Shown here: one piece after another, positions 39,601-51,479 of the stretch
Position numbering within the stretch: position 1 is the stretch's first letter
Layout of the letters: every line of letters begins with the position of its first letter
NCBI GenBank assembly: GCA_964187785.1
Contig: OZ076413.1
Location: forward strand, 47,120,001 to 47,184,000
Length of the DNA: 64,000 nt
Origin: Amphiscolops sp. MND2022
Taxonomy: Eukaryota
Direction of reading: 5' to 3'
The notes under the pieces: model-generated
Seen by the model: only the letters and a program-made list of their open reading frames with translations
Databases searched by the model: none
What the model was told of the DNA's origin: nothing
Program-made: the position numbers and the translations under genes

Positions 39601-42600
39601 ATGCGCCATGGCAGACAGCATTCAGTGATTGAGTCGTTTTGATCGAATTGTGCCTTCCCTGTTTGTTAAGGGGTTTTTTGTCTTCAGACTAGTCTGAAGT
39701 TTGGTCGAAGCTTCAAACTAATCCCTCTATCCTTACTTTGTCATTGCGACGTTCTTGCCATGCACTGAAAGTTGATTTGGTTTTTACTTTTTAACTAGAT
39801 GACTTTCGGTATTCACTTTTGTTTTTTTCGAGCGTACTTCTGATGCCGCCATCAGAAACAGCAGCTTTGGATCTGATGACTCATGAAGACAAATGCGTAT
39901 CTAAGGACACGAAAATCGCGTACTGAACTCGTTTTTCTCCGCTTTCGGTACTTATATATATATACAGCTGATTCTACCTGATTTTGGGGTATCAGCTTCT
40001 GCGGTCATGCTCAGTGAATTTGTAGCGAGAGGATGCACTATGTTTCTTTTCGTCGGAATTTGTTATTTGTTTTTTTGTTGTTTCATTGAAATAAATTGTT
40101 TATACTTTTCACCTTATTTGTTTTCCCTCCGGTCTCAATATATTAAAGATCCGTTTTGTGGAGATATTTGCGCCGTAGTTTTCCTGCTATGCTTTATGCG
40201 GTTGTTATGTTGACCAGTTTCGAATTTACTGATTGAGTTTGCAGACTTTTTTCATCTGTTTTAATCGAAGTCATTACGCTATTTTTGCCGAAAACTATCA
40301 TGTTGCGTTTGATTTTTCTCCATGAATTTTCTAAATAGATTTGCAATATTATCCTTTAAACAAAATTCTGGAGACGTTCACGATAGACTGTCTCTCCTTC
40401 CTTGGAAATAGGTTAGCTGTTTTTCTGGCACCAGGTGATCGCCTGTTGACGAGAAACGTGTCCGTTCGCTGTGAGAGCTTCTGAGAATGTGATGACTTTA
40501 ATTCAACTTGCTGGTATCTTTCGTTTTTTTTTCGAAGCGTAGACCGCGTCTTTCTTTCTAACGATGAAGTTTTGCTCCGAAGACTCATGTCTTGCTCCAA
40601 GATTTTAACCTGCAACCAAAAGATTTTCATCTGCGATTTTTTGCGTATTTAGTGTGATAGTTGTTTTTTTCATGTTAACTGGCGATTCCTTCTAACCTAG
40701 TCCTGAAGTTGTCTGATTAGAGCTCGAAACTAATGCTCTTATACCCAACTTAGTCATCGGGAGTGTTTGTCTCTGTCAAGTTTGCTGTGAACTGTTTTTC
40801 GAAAATTTCATTGGGTTTTCAAACCTTGTAACACGATCAATTTTTAGCTACTAAAGTAATGTTACGGCTCATTCTCTCAATAAGGTGAGCTGAATTTGTT
40901 TTCAATAAGCGACCGTGTTGACTTGGTAATTAAGCCTTTGCTTAGAAACTTTGCAAAAGTAAATCCAAAAGTTTCGTTTACCGAATTAATAGCATAAATT
41001 AAAGTTGTGAATCGATTTTCTGCGAACGCGCATTTTCCTCTCAACCATCGTAGATTTTGTCAATTGATTGTTCGTTTTTTGTAGGTGTATTTCACTAGGC
41101 AGTTTTCACCGAGAATTGGATATCGATTTTCATGTAGTGGTTGAAGTGAGAGATTGAGTCCATGTCTTTTGTCACATATGCTGTGGAATGTCGTCATGGC
41201 AACTTTCTCAAGTTAAACCCTTTCGGATTCGAGAGTGTCTGCCTGGTCACCTTCAGACCTCAAAAGAGGCCCTTTTGCCGTGTCAATTCGTTTCGAGCAG
41301 CGATCTTGTGGTAAATCCAGTAAATAAGCTGTCACTCAGCCTTCATTATAGTGGTTGCAAAAGTTTCGCTTCATTGAATTATCAGAGTTGAAGATGTATT
41401 GTTTGGAATTTTTAAGCCTAAGGTTTTTAGGTTGCTATTTTTGATGGCAAACTTTTCGGGAACGAAATTCTTCGAAATCTGCGTAGAAGTGAAACGTCTA
41501 TGCCACTGAGCATAAAAATTGAGTCGTGAAGAATCAGTTGTGATTCGTTTTTCATTGAACGCTTTCCTAACTAACGTTGATTATGCGGACGGCTAATGCC
41601 AATTTTTATTTGAAGTTTTCTATGAGTCCATTCCCGTGAACTCCAAACTTTTTCATTTCGGACATCATTTTACGACGGTTTCCTTAAAACAATTTCCGGA
41701 AGACACCCATCATTTTGGACCTCGTTGATATTGATAAAAACGGTGTTCTTCTGATTTAGAGTTGCCTGTCGTTTCTTTTCCTGAAGTTAGATGCGCCATG
41801 GCAGACAGCATTCAGTGATTGAGTCGTTTTGATCGAATTGTGCCTTCCCTGGTAAGGGGTTTTTGTCTTCAGACTAGTCTTGAAGTTTGGTCGAAGCTTC
41901 AAACTAATCCCTCTATGCTAACTTTGTCATTGCGACGTTCTTGCCATGCACTGAAAGTTGATTTGGTTTTTACTTTTTAACTAGATGACTTTTGGTATTC
42001 ACTTTTGTTTTTTTTCGAGCGTACTTCTGATGCCGCCATCAGAAACAGCCGCCTTGCATCTGATGAATCGTGAAGAAAAGTGCGTATCTAAGTACACAAA
42101 AATCGCGTACTGAACTCGTTTCTCTGCACTTTCGGTACTGATACGGAGGTAGTGACCTATGAACAAAAAAAAACAAGATGATCAATGCCCTAACTTTGAA
42201 CAATTACCCTCTCGCCTGAATGTTATCCCGCCACAGTCAAAATGCTTCTGGAACCTTCAAACACAGCTGATTCTGGCTGATTGTGGGGTATCAGTTCCTG
42301 TGGTCAAGCCCAGTGAATTTGTAACGGGAGGATGCACTTTGTTTCTTTTCGTCAGAATTTGTGATTTGTTTTTTTTTGTTGATTCATTGAGATAAATTGC
42401 TTGTTTTTTACCTTATATATTTCGCTTCCGGTCTCAATACATCAAGGATCCGTTTTGTAGTCATACTTGCGCCGTAGTTTTCCTGCAATGCTTTATGCGG
42501 TTTTTAGGTTGACCAGGTTCAAATTTACTGATTGCGTTTGCAAACTATTTTCATCTATCCTAATCGAAGTGATTACGCTAATTTTGCCGAAACTATCATG

Positions 42601-45600
42601 TTGCGTTTGGTTTTTTTCCCATGAAATTTTTTAAAGTTTTGCAAAGTTATCCTTCAAACAAAATTCTGGAGACATTCACGATAGACTGACTTTCAATAGT
42701 CTCTTTGAGTGTTCTCCGAGAGTTTTTCTGATTGCTCAAAGATTGCAAAAACAGCCGCCTCGGATCTGATGAATCAGACAAAAAATGGTCTCTAAGAACG
42801 CAAAAATCGCCTACTGAAGTCATTTTTCTCCGCCTTCGTTATGATACGGAGGGAGTGATCAAGCACGAAAAACCGAGATGATGAATTGCCCTCTCGCCTG
42901 AATGTTGTCCCGCCACTCTCAAATTGCTTCTGGAACCTTCAACAACAGCTGTTTTTGTCTCATTTTTGTAGTGTCAGCTTCTGCGGTCATGCTAAATGAA
43001 TTTGTAACGAAAGGATGCATTTTTTGTCACAGTTTGGTAGTTTTTTTGTTTGTGCAGGTTTTTTTTACCCAATCCGATTCGCCTCCGGTCTCAGTACATC
43101 AAAGATTCGTTTCGTGGAAGATATTCGCGCCGTAGTTTTCTCGAAATTCTTTGTCCGGCTGTTAGTTTGACCACTTTTGATTTCACTGATTGAATTGCGA
43201 ACTATTTTTGTCTTAATCGAAGTCATTACGAGAATATGCCGGAAACTATCATCATGTTGCGTTTGATCTTTTCCATGATTTTTTTTTTCGATTTGCCATC
43301 TTATCCTCCCAAACAAAATTCTGGAGACGTTCACAATAGACTGTCTCTTCTTCCTTGGAAGCAGGTGAGCTGTTTTCTGGCACCAGGTGATCGTCTGTTG
43401 ACGAGAAAGTGTCTGTTCGCTGTGAAAGCTTTTGAGGATATATGATGACTTTAATTCAGCTTGCTGTATCTTTCGTTTTTTTTTCGAAGCGTAGACCACA
43501 TGTCTTTTTTTCTAACGATGAAGTTTTGTTTCGAAGACTCAGAATTGAGAATTGCCTGAAGAAGTTTACCTAGAATCAGAAGATTTTCATCTGCGGTTTT
43601 CCACATGTTTAGTTTGATTAGATTGTTTTCTCTTGGCGATTCCTTTGAATCTAGTCCTGAAGTTGTTTGATGAAAGCTTGAGATTATTGCTTTTATACTC
43701 AACTCAGTCATTCGGTAGTGTTTGGCGTTGTCAATTTCGTAGTGAATTTTTCCTCAGAAATGTAAAGGGTTTTCAAACCTTGTAACACGGTGAGATCAGT
43801 TTTTAGCTACTGAAATTTTGTTACATATCGATCTCTCAATTAGTGAGCTGATATGGTTTCCAATAAGCGACCGTGTTGACTTGGTAATTAAGCCTTTGCT
43901 TAGAGCCTTGCACAGGTAAATGCTAAGGTTTTGTTTACCGAATCCATAGCATAATTTAGTATTCAAACGTTCGGGAATCGATTCATTTTCAGAAATCTGA
44001 CCGGAATTGAAAGATTCACGTCCCGAACTCCAAAAAAATGAATTAGGTGTTGTGAAGAATTAGTTGTGAATCTTTTTTCTGCGAACGCGCATTTGCCTCT
44101 CAACCAACGTAGATTTTGTCAATTCCTTGTTCGTTTTTTGTAGGTGTACCTCAGTAGGCAGTTTTTGCCCAGAATTGGATAGTTTTTTATGCAGTGGTTG
44201 AAGCAAGAGATTAAGTTCATGTCTCTTGTCAAATTTTTTGCGAACTGTCATCATGGTAACCATTTGGTAATCATGGTCATCATAGCTGAAGTTAAACCAT
44301 TTCGGATTCGAGTTTCTGTCCGGGCAACTGCAGACCTCGGATGAGGCCTTCTTGCCGTATCAATTCGTTTTGAAGGAGCGATCTTGTGTTAACTCCAGTC
44401 GTTTAGCTGTCATTTCGGGCCTTTGAAATAGTGAATGCAAAAGTTTCGCTGTCCGTACTTGTTGCATCACTCCATATGTATGTGATCCGTGTCCTTCATC
44501 GAAGTATAAAAGCTGAAGGTGTTTTGTTTGGATTTTTTCCTTCTAACCTTTTTAGGTTTCTGCCTTTGCATACAAACAATTCAAAAATGAACATCTTTTT
44601 ATGAATCCGCGTAAAATCGAAAGGTCTTTGTCACTGAACTTAAAAAGCATTCAGTTGTGATTCGTTTATCCTCCTATTTAATGTTGCTTTTGCGGACAGC
44701 TTGTGCTATTGTTTTATTTAGTATTTCCTTGAGTCTATTTCCGTGAACTCCAAACATTTTCCTCTGGAGTATTCTTTCAGGACGGTTTCCTGGAAATTTG
44801 CGAAAGATATCCGTCTTTTTGGACTTCATTGATTATGGTGAAAATTGTGGTCGTCTGAGTAAAATTTGTCATGGGCCACATCAGACAGCGTTTAGTGATT
44901 GAGTCGGTTTGAAGAAGTTTTCTTCCCTTTTCTTTTGTTAACGGGTGTTTCTCTCCAGGCTAGTCTTGAATTTTGATGAAATCGTCAAGCTTATCGTTCT
45001 ATAATAATTTTGTCATTGAGAAATTCTTGCTATGTGCTAAAAGTTGTATTTTGTTTTTGTCAACTTCTAACTCTAGATGACTTTCAATAGTCTCTTTGCG
45101 TGTTCTCCGAGCGTTTTTCTGATCGCTCAAAGATTGCAAAAACAGCCGCTTCGGATCTGATGAATCAGACAAAAAATGGTATCTAAGAACGTAAAAATCG
45201 CCTGCTGAACTTTTTTTTCCGCCATCGTTATGACACGGAGGGAGTGACCAATGCACGAAAAACCGAAATGATGAATGCCCTAACTTTGAACAATTGTTTT
45301 CTCGCCTGAATGTTATCCTACCACTATCAAATTGCTTTTGGAAAGTTCATTAACAGCTGTTTTGCCTCCTTTTTGTAGTATCAGCTTCTGCGGTCATGCC
45401 AAATGAATTTGTAACGGAAGGATGCATTTGGTTTTTTCGTCAGAATTTGTTAACGGGTTTTATGAAGATATTCGCGCCGTAGCTTTCTTGAAATTCTTTG
45501 TCCGGATGTTAGTTTAACCAGATTTGAATTCACTGATTGAATTTGCCAACAATTTTCTGATCGAAGTCATTACGCAGATTTTGTCGGAAACTTATCATTT

Positions 45601-48600
45601 TTTTGATTTTTTTGGTTTGCAATAATATCCCTCAAAAAAATTCTGCAGAAGTTCACGATAGACTGTCTCTTCTTCCTTGGAACTAGGTGAGTTGATTTTC
45701 TGGCACCATGGGATCGTCTGTTGACATGAGAAACTGATCCGTTCGCTGTGATGCTATTTGATGATTTAATTCAAGCTGCTGGTATTTTTTTTCGAAGCGA
45801 AAACCACATATCTTTTTTTCTAACGATGAAGTTCTGTTCCGAAGAGTCACGCCTTAGAATTGCTCCAAGAATTTAACCTACAACCAAAAGATTTTCATCT
45901 GCGATTTTTTGCGTATCTAGTGTGATAAAGTTGTTTTCTCATGTTAACTGGCGATTCCTTCCAATCTAGTCCTGAAGTTGTCAGATGATAGCTTGAAACT
46001 AATGCTCTTATACCCAACTTAGTCATTCAGGAGGGTTTGTCTTTGTCAAATTTGCTGTGTTTTTCCTCAAAAATGTCATAGTGTTTTCAAACCTTGTAAC
46101 ACGGTGAAATCAATTTTTAGCTACTAAAATATTGTTACAGTTCATTCTCTGAGTTAGGTGAGCTGAATTGGTTTCCAATAAGCGACCGTGTTGACGTGGA
46201 GACCTTTTTGCTGCATCAATTCGTTTTCAAGGAGCGATCTTAAATTAACTCGTAATAAGGCTGTAACCTAGAGCCTTTGACATAGTGAATGCAAAAGTTT
46301 CGCTGTCCGTACTCGTTGCATCACTCCAATAAGCGACCGTGTTGACGTGGTAATTTAGCCTTCGCTTAGAGCCTTGCAAAGGTAAATGCTAAAGTTCTGT
46401 TTACCGAGTTTATAGCATAAATTAGTGTTCATCATTCGGAAATTGATTTATTTCCCGAAATCTAACCGGAATTGAAAGATTCAGGTCCTGACCTCCAAAA
46501 AATGAGTTCAGTGTTGTGACGATTTAGTTGTGAATCAATTTTCTGCCAAGGCGCATTTTCCCCTCAATCAACGTAGATTTTGTCAATGGATTGTTCGCTT
46601 TTTGTAAGTGTACCTCAGTAGGCTGTTTTTGCCGAGAATTGGATAGTTTTTCATGCAGTGGTTGAAGTAAGAGATTGAGTTCATGTCTCTTGTCAAATTT
46701 GCTGCGAACTGTCATCATGGTAACTTGCTGAAGTTAAATCATCTCGGATTCGAGTTTCTGCCCCGGCACCTTCAGACCTCAAATGAGGCCTTCTTGCTGT
46801 ATCAATTCGTTTTCAAGGAGCGATCTTAAATTAACTCCAGTAATAAGGCTGTAACCTAGAGCCTTTGAAATAGTGAATGCAAAAGTTTCGCTGTCCGTAC
46901 TCGTTGCATCACTCCATATGTAGGTGATCCGTGTCCTTTATCAAAATATCAAAGCTGAAGGTGTTTTGTTTGAATATTTCATTTTAACTTTTTTAGGTTT
47001 CTGCTTTTGCATACAAACAATTCAAAAATAAACATTTTTCTGAATCCGCGTAAAATCGAAAGGTTTTTGTCACTGAACTTAAAAAGTGAGTCGTGAAGAA
47101 TTCGTTGTGAATCGTTTCTCAGTGAACGCTTTTTCCTATTTAATGATTTTGCTGACGGTTTGTGCCCTTGTTTTATTTGTAGTTTTTTCATGAGTCATTT
47201 TCCGCGATTACCAAACATTTTCCTTTGGAGTGTCCTTTCAGTACGGTTCCCTGAAAATTTTGCGAAATATATCCATCCTTTTGGATCTCATTGATTATGG
47301 TGAAAATTGTGGTTCCCTGATTTAGATTTGTCATGCGCCAGGCCAGACAGTTTTTAGAGATTGAATCGTTTTGAAGAAGTTTTCTTGCCTTTTTTGTTAA
47401 CGGGTGTTTCTCTCCAGCCTAGTCTGTAATTTTGATGAAATCGTCAAACTTATTTTTCTTTAATAATTTTGACATTGAGAAATGCCTGCCATGTGCTAAA
47501 AGTTGTATTTTGTTTTTGTCAACTTCTAACTCTAGATGACTTTCAATAGTCTCTTTGAGTGTTCTCCGAGCGTTTTTCTGATCGCTCAAAGATTGCAAAA
47601 ACAGCCGCCTCGGATCTGATGAATCAGACAAAAAATGGTATCTAAGAACGCAAAAATCGCCTACTGAACTCATTTTTCTCCGCCTTCGTTATGATACGGA
47701 GGGAGTGATCAAGCACGAAAAAACCACACGATGATAAAGCACAAGATGATGAATGCCCTAACTTCGAACAGTTGCCCTCTCGCCTGAATGTTATCCCGCC
47801 ACTCTCAAATTGCTTCTGGAACCTTCAACAACAGCTGTTTTTGTCTCATTTTTGTGGTATCAGCTTCTGCGGTCATGCCAAATGAATTTGAAACGAAAGG
47901 ATGCATTTTTTTCATCAGAGTTCGGTAATTTTTTGTGAATATTTCATATAAATGATTTGTTTGTGCAGGTTTTTTTACCCAATCCGATTCGCCTCCGGTC
48001 TCAGTACATCAAAGATTCGTATCATGAAGATATTCGCGCCGTAGTTTTCCCGAAATTCTTTGTCCGGCTGCTAGTTTGACCACTTTTGAATTCACTGATT
48101 GAATTGCGAACTATTTTTGTCTTAATCGAAGTCATTACGACAATATGCCGGAAACTATCATGTTGCGTTTGATCTTTTTCATGATTTTTTTCGATTTGCA
48201 ATCTTATCCTCCCAAACAAAGTTCTGGAGACGTTCACAATAGACTCTCTTCTTCCTTGGAAGTAGGTGAGCTGTTTTCTGGCACCAGGTGATCGTCTGTT
48301 GTAGAGAAAGTGTCTGTTCGCTGTGAAAGCTTTTGAGGATATGTGATGACTTTAATTCAGCTTGCTGGTATCTTTCGTTTTTTTTTCTAGTGTTTTCAAA
48401 CCTTGTAACACGTTGAAATCAATTTTTAGCTACTAAAATATTGTTACAGTTCATTCTCTGAATTAGGTGAGCTGAATTGGTTTCCAATAAGCGACAGTGT
48501 TGACGTGGTACTTAAGCCTTTGCTAAGAGCCTTGCAATGGTAAATGCTGAAGTTTTGTTTACCGAATTTATTGCGTAAATTAGTGTTCAAACGTTCGAAA

Positions 48601-48760
48601 ATCGATTTATTTCCCGAAATGTAACTGTTATTGAAAGATTCACGTCCAGAACTCAAAACAATGAGTTCAGTGATGTGAAGATTTAGTTGTCACTCGATTT
48701 TCTGCGGAGGCGCATTTTCCTCTCAACCAACGTAGATTTGTCAATGGATTGTTCGTTTTT

Positions 48761-49155
48761 AGGAGTCGGAAAAATTTTTCGACTACGTATGCAATCGTGT
48801 CGTTTTTTTTCTCCCAGCCTTTACATGAAAATTTCAAATTTCTCAAAAACTGTCCATTCGATTCGAACGAAATTTTCTAGTCTTTTTACACCACTTTAGA
48901 GTCCTATATGTGCAATGGCATCAAAATCGTATGGCTGGGATGTGAGAAACATAGCCAAAAATGGCCAAAAACAGCCATTTTTTGACTTTTTTGATTTTAG
49001 CAAAAACTGTCCATACTATTCGAACGAAACTTTCTACAGTCATTTTCTACACCATAGTATGGTCTAAGTGTGCAATTTCAATAAATTTGTATAACTGGGA
49101 TTGGAGCGAGTCAGAAGGAAAAAGACCTAAGCCGACTCTACCGCATATACGGCTG
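48761..49155 (+). mobile_element. HINE/DINE-1-like insertion (family B) in an old array unit
   Basis: Interrupts 'ttcgttttt|tgtagg'. 5' GAGTCGG (48763) / 3' CCGACTC (49132) IR, then CCG-CATATA-CGG hairpin; inserted in a T-run; internal ~157 bp duplication (AAAACTGTCCAT..TTCGAACGAAA at 48845 and 49002). Confidence 0.72.
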
Positions 49156-50314
49156 TTTGTAGGTGTACCTCATTAGGCACTTTTTGCCGAGAATGGGATA
49201 TAGTTTTTCATGCAGTGGTTGAAGTGAGAAATTGCGTTCATGTCTCTTGTCAAATTTGCTGCGAATTGTCATCATGGTAACATGCTGAAGTTAAACCATT
49301 TCGGATTCGAGTTTCTGCCCGGGCAACTACAGACCTCAATTGAGGCTTTTTTGCCGTGTCAATTCGTTTTGAAGGAGCGATCTTGTGTTAACTCCAGTCG
49401 TTTAGCTGTCATTTAGGGCCTTTGAAATAGTGAATGTAAAAGTTTCGCTCTTCGTACTTGTTGCATCACCGTTCAAGTGTAGGTGATCCGTGTCCTTCAT
49501 CGAAGTATCAAAGCTGAAGGTGTATTGTTGGGATTTTTCAGCCTAACGTTGTTTGGTTTCTTTTTTTGCTTGCAATCCTTTCAAAAATAAACTTTTTCGG
49601 AATCCGCGTAGAATTGAGAGGTGTATGTCACTGAACCTAAAAAGTGAGTCGTGAAGAATCAACTGTGGTTCGTTTTCATTGAACGCTTTTTCCTAACTAA
49701 CATTGATTTTGCGAACGGCTAATGCCATTTTTTTGTAGTTTTCCATGAGTCCCTTTCCGTGAACTCCAAATAATGCCCTCGAATGAATTTTTTCCCTCCA
49801 CAGTCACGTGGCTTCTGGATTTTCCAGAGACAGCTGATTCTGCCTCCTTTTAGGGATATCAGCTTCTTCTGATACGCAGGAGAATTTGTAACGGGACGAA
49901 GCATATTGTTCTTTTCGTCAGAATTCGTTATTGTTTTTGAGTGTTTCATTGAAACAAATTGCTTTTCCTTCTCACCTTGTTTATTTCTCCTTCGGTCTCA
50001 CTACATCAAAAATCCGTTGAGATTGCGCCTTTTGTGTCCGCCCGTTTTCCATTTGCGCTTTTGTTTTCCTGAATTTCTCTATCCCGCTGTTAGGTTCACT
50101 AGTTTTGACTTTACTAATTGACTTTGCAAACTTTTTTCATTACTATGGAAGTCAATACGCAGGTTTTGTCGGAAACAAATAGCTCTAGCTTTTTTCCATG
50201 AAAATCGACTTGCAATATTATCCTGCAAACAAAATTTTGGAGACATTCATGATAGACTGTCTGTTGTCTCTTGCACGTAGGTGAGTTGATTTTCAGTCGC
50301 CATCGTCTGTTGAC

Positions 50315-51141
50315 CGATACGATACATATGCCGCAGCGAACTAGCTAGATCTTGCTAGTTCGAATAACAGCCAATAAAAACGCGGTATTAATCCAAATAC
50401 GCGTTACGTGTTTTGCTCGTTACACTGTGATTTGGCGTTACGCGTAGTGATCAGAATGCAGTAAATGAGTACTTTACACGGGGACTGTTCAATTCGTCGA
50501 ACACGTATTACTTTAGCGAGCAATATATGACGTAATGGAATGAATTGATTTCGGCCAATCAAATTCGAGCATTCAAAATTACGATAACGTAGTCAGATAT
50601 GTTCACATATTCCTAGTGCCCTAAATGCAGGAGCGAAGCGAAGCGGAGCGACGTGCCATATGGCCATGCCTCAATATTGCTACTTGGCGAAGGGAGCGAA
50701 GCGACCGAGCCATACAACAAATGTGCTAATCGCTACAAAATATAACCAAATGAAATTAATCGCTGATATGGAATTCTTTCGACGCATTGAATAGCTTTTC
50801 ATTTTTCGACTATTTGAATGTTCGACGAATTGAATAGGCACCACTTTACACTCCCTACAATTACGTACTTTGACTGGTTTCCACTTCACACACGAATGGA
50901 AGCATCGTTTAGAGTCATTCTTACTCACGGTGTATACCAAAATTCTTTACTGGTTTCCACTTTTCTCTCTAGTTACGCTCAATGATCACACAATCCGCAA
51001 TTTCTGATTACACTGTGCATCACAATTCGCTATGAACACGATGCACTTTTTGACTAGAATACAATTCGCTCTCGTTTTACAGATAATACACTTTACACTT
51101 GATGATAAATTCCACTTTTGCGGCATATGTGTCGTAATTAC
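50315..51141. mobile_element. ~827 bp insertion with 17 bp inverted repeats in the outermost array unit
   Basis: Splits 'ctgttgac|atgagaaa', which is intact at ~45718. IR ACGATACATATGCCGCA (50319-50335) / TGCGGCATATGTGTCGT (51119-51135), one mismatch. Internal GAGCGAAGCGA motifs at ~50630-50710. Confidence 0.62.
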
Positions 51142-51479
51142 ATGAGAAATTGATCCGTTCGCTGTGAAAGCTTTTGAGGATATGTGATGGCTTTAATTCA
51201 ACTAGCTGGTAGGTTCCGTTTTTTTAAAGCGCGAACTATATTTTCTCAACGTAGTTTTGTTATGGAAGACTTAATTGGAAATTGCTCGAAGAAATTTACC
51301 TAGAACTGAAAGGTTTTGGTCTTCGAGTTTTTTCATATTTGGTGTGATATTTTTTTCTCATTATAGCGAGCGATTATTTTCAATCTAGTCCTGAAGTTTT
51401 CCGATGAAAGCTTGAAACCAATGCTTTTATTTATACTTAACTGTCTTTTTCTAAGTGTTTGCCTCATACTGAAAGTTGC

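Noticed and set aside
13672-41391. Recurrent short ORFs in the array (e.g. the 103 aa, 87 aa and 78 aa classes) as genes
   Set aside because: They recur only because the DNA is repeated; many are antisense to the gag frame or lie within the inserted element, and start/stop positions vary between copies.
44999-47673. ORFs 44999-45256 and 47419-47673 looked like a ubiquitin-like domain (TLKETIESHL..IQLLAHG), suggesting a TBK1/IKK or FIP200 relic
   Set aside because: The same DNA aligns with 51480-51730, directly downstream of the DUF1759-like motif, so it is better explained as gag capsid sequence; no kinase motifs were found.
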